A model generated the notes under the pieces. The model was not told where the DNA came from. It made no database searches and saw only the letters and a list, made by a program, of their open reading frames with translations. A stretch of 64,000 nt of DNA from Eubacteriales bacterium (GTDB taxonomy: Bacteria > Bacillota > Clostridia > Christensenellales > CAG-138), in the NCBI GenBank assembly GCA_028694155.1, contig JAQUTY010000008.1, positions 14,609-78,608 of the forward strand. Reading direction: 5' to 3'. Positions 57,901-64,000 of this stretch are shown piece after piece (the first letter of the stretch is position 1; every line of letters starts with the position of its first letter). The translations under genes and the position numbers were made by a program.

Positions 57901-58357
57901 TTAGCGAGGCAATGAGGTCACGGGGAGACAGCTCATCACCCACACAGATGCAGCGTTGCAGCTTCAAAAACTCCCCTTTGGGCGCAAGCAGCTCCGTTAC
58001 GGCGGCGGCACAGGTGACCACGCAGCTCTGAACACCCAGCGCAAGCCGAGACAACACCGCAAGACGCTGCGATCTGCGCTCGAAAGACACCGCCTGCACA
58101 TGAACCAGCGGCATTTCACGAGGCAAAAACAGAAGTGCGTCACAGTAGGCACTAACCTCGGCGTGCAGCTTGACCGCATCAAGCTCGCTTGCGGTGATGT
58201 AAAGCACGGTCTTGTCCAAATACAGTGCGGATATGACCTGCGCCCGATGGTTCTCCGGCGAGCCGAAAACCGCCACCGTTCCTTCGCCATTTATAAGCGA
58301 GGTTCGGAGGTGGTCATATGCCGGATCCTTTGATAAAAACTTTTGTAATTCAATCAT
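54920..58357 (-). CDS. mfd: Transcription-repair coupling factor
   Basis: CarD-like VVHEAHGIG, GDVGYGKTE, DEEH, TATPIPRT, QLRGRVGR, RDLEIRGAG. Confidence 0.98.
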   Translation of the reverse strand: MIELQKFLSKDPAYDHLRTSLINGEGTVAVFGSPENHRAQVISALYLDKTVLYITASELDAVKLHAEVSAYCDALLFLPREMPLVHVQAVSFERRSQRLAVLSRLALGVQSCVVTCAAAVTELLAPKGEFLKLQRCICVGDELSPRDLIASLIEAGYERVPLLESQGQCALRGDIIDVFPPQSTDPYRIEFFGDQVDQIRLFNVQSQRSRQQETACVLPPAYETPQQKDRILACCNTLSNATGFSSQLEAWEQGLPCVSADVLLPLLFEEQTTLFDYLPQGTMLLLNEPQRILDESKTHEALFCESVSAMLQRGEGLGIQAKLCTPSSQLISKIDTKYSAAFYTLFRTCNLLHHSSQVQFSVQPAPLYMGDMDTLFKELRRQKQNKEAVLLYCGDSRDNLYAQLQNADVPCAVADALGRPPIHGEILLLSEKLPRGYCFSELHLTVLTANELFSKQQRIMAPRKKNVLKFSDLSVGDFVVHEAHGIGRFVGVEQLTVQNVTRDYLLFAYRGDDKLYIPTDQLDRIQKYVGGGEDYQPQLSKMGGNDWQGRVSRAKAGAKKLAVDLAELYEKRSRLKGFAFSKDNEWQRKLEERFPYEETPDQLQSIIDIKADMEKNRPMDRLLCGDVGYGKTEVALRAAFKAVQDSKQVAFLVPTTILAQQHYSTLESRFHDFPIKMKTLSRFQSPKERQQIKKQLSTGELDIVVGTHALLAKDVNFFNLGLLIIDEEHRFGVNHKEKIKALRSEVDVLTLTATPIPRTLNLSMTGILDISTIDTPPENRYPVQTFVMEFSDALCQEALSRELARGGQAFVVSNNVLGMESTHKWLSELIPNASIDIANGQMPERQLESAMERFMRHETDILICSTIIESGVDFPNANTLIVLDADKFGLAQLYQLRGRVGRSNRMAYAYFTVRQAKIMTETAHKRLMAIREFTQFGAGFRLAMRDLEIRGAGTLLGAEQHGHIADIGYDYYCKLMKQAVSQAKGEPIEPEIDTTLDVPVDAFVPRDFVPSELLRLNMYRRIAQISDQEAYDDLLDEFFDRYGDLPTPIMNLMQLSLIKALASKAGIELVTVRDGKVTLQYAPTASPDGARLLALLSEHEGAHLTAAESVKIEILKKNAQIGDFVIKLPQFLTRLWHCNFTKVDV

Positions 58358-58914
58358 TTATGGTTGTATTTAGCCTGTGCTTCCGACAGCTTTCCCCCAA
58401 CTGCCAGAATCGCTGCATCGGCGGCACATTCAAATGCGACATCGAGCAGCTTAAATTCTTCTTTGGAGGGCTTTTTGAGAACAAAGTCACGCAAAACAAG
58501 CGTTTTGTCCTGCCCCACTCCAATGCGTATGCGTGGAAAATTCTCGCTGTGGACACATTGTATGATGGAACGCATACCGTTGTGTGTGCCTGCGGACCCG
58601 TGCTCACGGATTCGCAACGTGCCAAGCTGCAAATCAATATCGTCATAAATGACGATGAGATTTTCGGGGGGCAGCTTGTAGTAGTGCATCGCCTGCTCAA
58701 CAGCGTTTCCACTCAGGTTCATATAGGTCTGCGGCTTAAAAAGGACGACCCTCTCGCCTGCGATGTTCCCCTCGCCGTACAAGGCGGAAAAGCCCTTCTG
58801 CTTAATTTTTATCCCCGTTTTTTGGCAAAGAATATCCATCGCCATAAAGCCTGCATTGTGGCGACTCTTTTTATATGTAAGTCCCGGATTACCAAGACCG
58901 ACTATCAGATACAT
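58354..58914 (-). CDS. pth: Peptidyl-tRNA hydrolase
   Basis: IVGLGNPG, RHNAGF, KPQTYMNLSG, GSAGTHNG. Confidence 0.98.
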   Translation of the reverse strand: MYLIVGLGNPGLTYKKSRHNAGFMAMDILCQKTGIKIKQKGFSALYGEGNIAGERVVLFKPQTYMNLSGNAVEQAMHYYKLPPENLIVIYDDIDLQLGTLRIREHGSAGTHNGMRSIIQCVHSENFPRIRIGVGQDKTLVLRDFVLKKPSKEEFKLLDVAFECAADAAILAVGGKLSEAQAKYNHK

Positions 58915-58949
58915 AAGGTTGCCTCCCAAAGTATGATTATACCATGCTT

Positions 58950-59585
58950 TTATACTGAGGCGCAATCTTTCTTTCTGTCAAGCCAGCATTTGACAAACTC
59001 AGCAACCGCAGGCGCAAGCTCCTTGATGCTCCAGCTTGTAGTATTTATGATAAGGTCATAGCCTGCACGGTCGCCCCACTTGCTTCCAAGAATCATCTCA
59101 CGGACGGATATACGGTTCTTGTCGATGCGCAAAATACGCTGCTCAATGCTCTTTTGGGTGAGCTTTTCGTCTGCGTCCGAACGCTCCATGCAACGCTTAA
59201 CCTTTGCAGCCATATCTGCACAAACGAAGATGCGAAAAGGCTTGTATTGGGCAAGAATAACATCGGCGTCCCTGCCCACAATTATGCAGTCCTTGCCTGC
59301 TTTTGCAATGTCCTCAATGACCAGCTTCTGTTCGCCAAGCAAGGTAGATTGAGAGGCAAGCGGCGTAATATTGGCAATGAAGGTGCGCCCAAAGGTGAGT
59401 GGAATTGCCTGCCATGCGCTGTTGTCGAGCGTGTTTTCAACATAGCTCTCGCTCATGTTGCGCTTTGAGGCTATCGCTGTAATAATCTCGTTGTCGTAAT
59501 AATCGTAGCCCAGCACGTCCGAAAGACGCTTGCCCAATTCCCTTCCTCCGCTGCCAAATTCCCTGCTGATGGTGATAATGTTCAT
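58950..59585 (-). CDS. Cytidylate kinase-like family protein
   Basis: IITISREFGSGG, CIIVGR, YDLIINT. Confidence 0.85.
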   Translation of the reverse strand: MNIITISREFGSGGRELGKRLSDVLGYDYYDNEIITAIASKRNMSESYVENTLDNSAWQAIPLTFGRTFIANITPLASQSTLLGEQKLVIEDIAKAGKDCIIVGRDADVILAQYKPFRIFVCADMAAKVKRCMERSDADEKLTQKSIEQRILRIDKNRISVREMILGSKWGDRAGYDLIINTTSWSIKELAPAVAEFVKCWLDRKKDCASV

Positions 59586-59709
59586 TCGAGAGCCTCCCTT
59601 CTTCTTTATATATATTATACTACACCGCCACGATGTTTTCAACAATAAAGTGAAGCATAAAATGAACGTTCATAGGCTATAAATTACTGCGAACAAGTCA
59701 TTATTGTGA

Positions 59710-60936
59710 CTATTCTTCGCTCATTTTTGTGTCAACAGATTGTGAGAGCTTGGTGATTAGGCAGATAAACGTGATAAGCAGCAGAAGCACTCCCGAAAGA
59801 ATCATTAGCAGCTGCATCGAAACGATGTCGGCAAGCGGGCCGAACACAACCATACCAATGGGTAAAAAGCCGCTGAATATAGCACCGAAAAAGCCGAACA
59901 TTCTGCCCAGCATTTGAGGGTCTGAACGCTCTTGAATAAGTGTGGTGGTGGCGGTTTGCACAAAGGTAAGCGCAATTCCGTAGAGCAGCATCAGACCAAG
60001 GTAGATATAAAAGTTGTTGACGGCACCCATTCCGATAGCAAGCGCACCGAATACCGCCATTCCCACCAAGAGAGTTTTCATTCGGTTTTTGAAGCCGCCC
60101 CACGCACCAACGATGATGCCCCCTGCGGTCATTCCTGCAAAGCCCACCAGCTCCACGACGGTGAGATACCAATACTCGTTGCCGTAGGTGCGGCTGACAA
60201 AGAGCGAGGCAAGAAAGCCGGCAGGGACGCACAGAAAGATGAACGCTCCGAACAGGGCAAATAGCTTCCATAAAAAGCCGTCCCCTATGGCATACCTGAT
60301 GCCCGAAACGAGGTCGGCAAACACAGAGGGCTTCTCCTGCTGCTGATTTGGCTGCTTTGGCACCACAAGACAGACCAAAATCCCAATTCCCACAGCGGCG
60401 GTGGCAACGTCTATAAACAGCGTTAAGTTAAGGGTGCTTATTGTCAGCAGCGCACCTGCTGCGGCAGGAGCAGCAAATTGGACAATGGATTGAATGGTGG
60501 AGTTTATGCCGTTGACACGCATCAGTTGCTCTTGCGGAACGAGCTGGGGAAGCAACGCACCAACAGCAGGAGTCTGGATACCTGCACCCACCGAGCGCAT
60601 TGCCGACACAACTAAAATGGCGGTCAACAGAACGGTGTCGGACTTGACATAGGGCAGCGCAAGCGCAAGTGCGAGTGTTGTCACAGCTATGGAAGCGTCC
60701 GAGATGATGATGAGCAGCTTGCGTGAATACCTGTCAGCCCACACACCTGCAAAGAACGAGACGAGAAACTGGGGCAAATAGGCGCATACGGTCAGCATGG
60801 ACACCCAAAACCCCGATGAGGTTTTGAGTGCCACAAACCAGATCATGGCAAACTGCACAAGTGACGAGCCAAACAGGGAAACGGCTTGCCCGCCAAGGAA
60901 CAGGGCAGTTCGTTTTTTCCAAGAATGTATAGTCAT
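59710..60936 (-). CDS. MFS transporter (MefA-like efflux family)
   Basis: GQAVSLFGSSLVQFA, GVWADRYSRK, GPLAD motifs. Confidence 0.88.
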   Translation of the reverse strand: MTIHSWKKRTALFLGGQAVSLFGSSLVQFAMIWFVALKTSSGFWVSMLTVCAYLPQFLVSFFAGVWADRYSRKLLIIISDASIAVTTLALALALPYVKSDTVLLTAILVVSAMRSVGAGIQTPAVGALLPQLVPQEQLMRVNGINSTIQSIVQFAAPAAAGALLTISTLNLTLFIDVATAAVGIGILVCLVVPKQPNQQQEKPSVFADLVSGIRYAIGDGFLWKLFALFGAFIFLCVPAGFLASLFVSRTYGNEYWYLTVVELVGFAGMTAGGIIVGAWGGFKNRMKTLLVGMAVFGALAIGMGAVNNFYIYLGLMLLYGIALTFVQTATTTLIQERSDPQMLGRMFGFFGAIFSGFLPIGMVVFGPLADIVSMQLLMILSGVLLLLITFICLITKLSQSVDTKMSEE

Positions 60937-60937
60937 T

Positions 60938-61807
60938 TTACTTGATGGGCATAAGCTCAATGTAGCCACGTTCGCCACGAGGCTCGAGCTGTATGCGTGG
61001 GTTTTGGTCGTCCCATTCAAAGCCGATTGACGAGGGGTTATACTTTTTAATTGCTTCCCAAACGGCGTTGATGGCCTCGCAATAGTCCTCCTCCTTGAAG
61101 GGCTCGCCTTGGAACATCAGATACTTGCACTTTGGCAGGTCTATTACATCAAAGCCTTCGGGGATAGGCCCATCGTAATTTGAAGCGACCTCCACGCCCT
61201 GAACGTACTTTGAGGTTCCCACAGCAATGAGCTTGTCGGGCAGCCACAGGCATACGGGTTCGCCGCTGATGGATTTCATGCTCACCAGCAGCCCCCAAAC
61301 ATCGCAGCCGACCTCCTCACAGTAAGCGAAGTATTCATCAGCTTTGATGCCACGCTTGATGATGACCTTGCGGTCGGGTTTCTCGATAACTTGGATAAAT
61401 ACGCTCTTGATTTCGTTCATAATTGTTTCCCTTCTCATGTTGGATGATTTTATTCCGTAAGGAGTGAACAGGTACAGAGGAACCGGACGCTGGGAATACT
61501 CACCGGGATTGCACCCGAACTCCCTATAAAACGCTCGCTGATAACCGTCAACGCTGGAGAAGCCCGAATCTAAGGCAACATCGATAATCTTGACCTTCTC
61601 ATCACGGAGACGCAGCGCAGACTTTGACAGCCGCAACCGCCGAACGTATTCGGACGGAGTCATGTTGAGCCATTGGCAAAACAGGCGATAGGAATACCAC
61701 GGTGAATACCATGATGCCCCAGATAAATCCGCTAGGGTGACATTTTGCTGAAGATGAGCTTCTATATAGTCCTGCATTCGTTGAACCGCATCAATCTGTT
61801 CTTGCAT
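60938..61807 (-). CDS. AraC family regulator with effector domain
   Basis: AraC HTH (GFSSVDGYQRAFYREFG); YCEEVGCDVWG C-terminal domain. Confidence 0.9.
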   Translation of the reverse strand: MQEQIDAVQRMQDYIEAHLQQNVTLADLSGASWYSPWYSYRLFCQWLNMTPSEYVRRLRLSKSALRLRDEKVKIIDVALDSGFSSVDGYQRAFYREFGCNPGEYSQRPVPLYLFTPYGIKSSNMRRETIMNEIKSVFIQVIEKPDRKVIIKRGIKADEYFAYCEEVGCDVWGLLVSMKSISGEPVCLWLPDKLIAVGTSKYVQGVEVASNYDGPIPEGFDVIDLPKCKYLMFQGEPFKEEDYCEAINAVWEAIKKYNPSSIGFEWDDQNPRIQLEPRGERGYIELMPIK

Positions 61808-61979
61808 ATAAGTTCCCTCCTTCCATGAGCATATTAACAAAAAATCCAAGTATACTCTCGACCTTTTTTGCTATTATGAATCAATCGCACAACAATGTCC
61901 AGCCCCAATTAGCCGTGTTGACAAAAAAGAATCGCTGTGATAACCTATACTCATAAATAGAAGGAGGGATATAAGAATA

Positions 61980-62348
61980 ATGAAGAAAACAACAAAGGTA
62001 TTGGCACTTACACTGGTAGTGGTTATGGCACTGGCAATTATCGCTTGCGGCGGCAAGTCGAGCGACCTGTCTGGAAAATGGACGCTTTCCAAGCTCGAAG
62101 TTGGCGGTGAGGATTACATGTCAATGCTGTCTCTGTTCGGCATGGAAGCCGATTCGATGTATCTTGAGCTGAACAGCGATGGCACCTGCACCTTTGCAGC
62201 TCTGGAGCAGACTGCTGAGGGCACTTGGGAGGAGACGTCCGGTGGCGTAAAGATCACGGTTGACGGCGATGACCAGGAGTTCAAACTGTCCGGTGGCGAG
62301 TTGTCCATTGAAGAAGACGGAACGGTCATGGCGTTCAAAAAGAACTAA
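61980..62348 (+). CDS. Small lipocalin-like lipoprotein
   Basis: Lipobox IIAC; LSGKW...ELNSDGT...GTW. Confidence 0.7.
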   Translation: MKKTTKVLALTLVVVMALAIIACGGKSSDLSGKWTLSKLEVGGEDYMSMLSLFGMEADSMYLELNSDGTCTFAALEQTAEGTWEETSGGVKITVDGDDQEFKLSGGELSIEEDGTVMAFKKN

Positions 62349-62365
62349 TAGTATTCACAAACATG

Positions 62366-62430
62366 AAGGGACGGGAAACCGTCCCTTTTTATGTGTCATA
62401 ACAAGGGCTGCGCTTTTGGCGCAGCCCTTG
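62366..62430. terminator. Two terminator hairpins between convergent genes
   Basis: AAGGGACGG-GAAA-CCGTCCCTTTT and CAAGGGCTGCGC-TTTTG-GCGCAGCCCTTG. Confidence 0.8.
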
Positions 62431-62444
62431 TGGTTGGGTTTTGA

Positions 62445-64000
62445 TTAGTTGTACAGTGAAGCCTCAAGTCTTACTATCCAGCGCAGAATCCTTGAAGCAT
62501 CGGCAGCGGTCAGCTCGTCCGTTTGGACTACGTTGCCAGCCTTTAGCCCAAGCCCTTCGAGCGTCTGCAGCTTTACAATGTGACGGAGAATGGCCGCAGC
62601 GTCCGCTGAATCAACGCTGAAGTTGAGGTTGCTGTCGCCCATCGAGTAGACTGTGAGCCGTGCAATGCCCGTGTCAATTACCTCAACATAGTTTCTGGGA
62701 TTGATTACCTCGGTATCCATATGAATCGGATACTCTTTATTGGTACCATAATTTTCGATTACAGTCTCCGGCTCTGCCCAGCTAAAGCCCTCGGGCAGAG
62801 AAATTCCCGACAGCTTGCCGTTTGTCGTTACATCGGTCACTTCAAGCGGATTGTTCTCAAGGTCGCGTGGCAGAATGATGACCGTTGCTGAACCATGGGG
62901 GTTATCGGAGTACAACTTCTCACTTTCGGGCGCAACGTATTGCACCTGACCGCCGGTGTTATGCACATCAAGCACTGTATCAGGATTGACCCAGCTCCAG
63001 CCCTCGGGCAAAGCACCAAGCTCGCCTAGCTTCTGACCATAGACGCCACGCGCAACGAACTCTGGGGCGGGCAAAATCTCGATGCTGTCAATAGCGATGA
63101 CAAAGCTTTCGCTCCTGATATATCCGTTTTGCGCTCCTCCTGTGTAGGCAGAAATACAATATTCATAGTCGTACTTATCGTTCATGGTTATTTCAATGGT
63201 CTCAAAGCCTGAAGTTTTGGGCAGTTGAATCTCAGAGCCATCGCCTTGCCAAACAAGATAGACATTGTCGCTCGCACTTTCGAACTTATAGGTAATCTTC
63301 AGCGTGTCGCCAAGTTCAACTTTTGTGTTGCCATAGAACTCACTTCGTACCCGCGTCTGCGTTTCCACACGAGTCTCCTTTTGGGTTCTGTCATCGTTGA
63401 GACGAATGTAATATCCATCGGGCAGCGTCTTTAGTCTTGGCACGGCACAGAGCCTTCCGTCAACCTCCGCAGTACCCCACTGATACAGGTTGGAGTTGTA
63501 AAACTCAATTTCCTTGCCTTGTGCATTCAAAGCCTCTTCAAGATATATCTTGGGTTCAATATTGAACCTAAAGACAACGTCCGAAACAATCGCAATGCTA
63601 GTGGAGCCGTTGGGGAAAGATGTCTCGACAAGGGTATACCCATCGGGCAGATAGTACGCCACTTCATCAAGGTATACATATTGCCCACAGCCAACCGTTC
63701 GCGTCAAAATCGTCTCGCCTGTGGTATCGTTCAACACCGTATAGGTAAAGGTTGGCAGTTCAGACATACCCCGAACGTTCTTGACGGCCGACTGTGATGG
63801 TTCGACAGCATTCGAGGAACGTCGTACATAAATTATAACACTACCTCCCGCACTAACTTCAAAGTAAGCGGTATGCCACTGTCCGGGCTCGTTTGAGAGA
63901 TATTTGCCTGAATAATTGCTACCATCTGCTGTATAGCTATTGAGGTATACAGTCTCGTTCTCGTCCGCAAAATAATCAAGAGCCATATATTTGGGCGCAG
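62445..64000 (-). CDS. Large surface protein, C-terminal part, with dockerin-like domain
   Basis: LPEGWSW/LPEGFSW repeats; GDSNLNFSVDSADAAAILR and DELTAADASRILR; frame appears open beyond the window. Confidence 0.8.
   Translation of the reverse strand, partial: APKYMALDYFADENETVYLNSYTADGSNYSGKYLSNEPGQWHTAYFEVSAGGSVIIYVRRSSNAVEPSQSAVKNVRGMSELPTFTYTVLNDTTGETILTRTVGCGQYVYLDEVAYYLPDGYTLVETSFPNGSTSIAIVSDVVFRFNIEPKIYLEEALNAQGKEIEFYNSNLYQWGTAEVDGRLCAVPRLKTLPDGYYIRLNDDRTQKETRVETQTRVRSEFYGNTKVELGDTLKITYKFESASDNVYLVWQGDGSEIQLPKTSGFETIEITMNDKYDYEYCISAYTGGAQNGYIRSESFVIAIDSIEILPAPEFVARGVYGQKLGELGALPEGWSWVNPDTVLDVHNTGGQVQYVAPESEKLYSDNPHGSATVIILPRDLENNPLEVTDVTTNGKLSGISLPEGFSWAEPETVIENYGTNKEYPIHMDTEVINPRNYVEVIDTGIARLTVYSMGDSNLNFSVDSADAAAILRHIVKLQTLEGLGLKAGNVVQTDELTAADASRILRWIVRLEASLYN

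Noticed and set aside
59710..60936. Bona fide mef(A) macrolide resistance gene
   Set aside because: Only family-level resemblance; no msr partner or mobile context, so substrate cannot be assigned

Overview
Chromosomal region of a Clostridia-like Firmicute (tRNA-Leu, mfd, pth, many lipoproteins and dockerin-like surface proteins). An apparently complete 29,991-bp transposable (Mu-type) prophage occupies 19843-49833. It has TG...CA ends and a 5-bp GATAG target duplication, and it splits the FQNYALYPHM motif of an ABC-transporter ATPase gene. The prophage pairs a Mu-like early and regulatory module (DDE transposase, B-type ATPase, Gam, GemA, Mor/C activator, gp27-like protein) with a non-Mu, SPP1/siphovirus-like virion module. 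The most striking signal is a pair of identical 63-nt type II hammerhead ribozymes in the early operon, 480 nt apart; they bracket two small ORFs, and the downstream copy abuts the transposase ribosome-binding site. Other notable features: transposase-end-like sites inside the phage genome, a NusG-paralog antiterminator followed by a structured leader, a MuF minor-head protein with an Ntox28-like toxin tip and putative immunity gene, an endolysin carrying the host's dockerin-like module, a -1 frameshift signal in the tail chaperones, and a deletion-inactivated DNA methyltransferase. Family assignments are by motif recognition only; no database searches were run.
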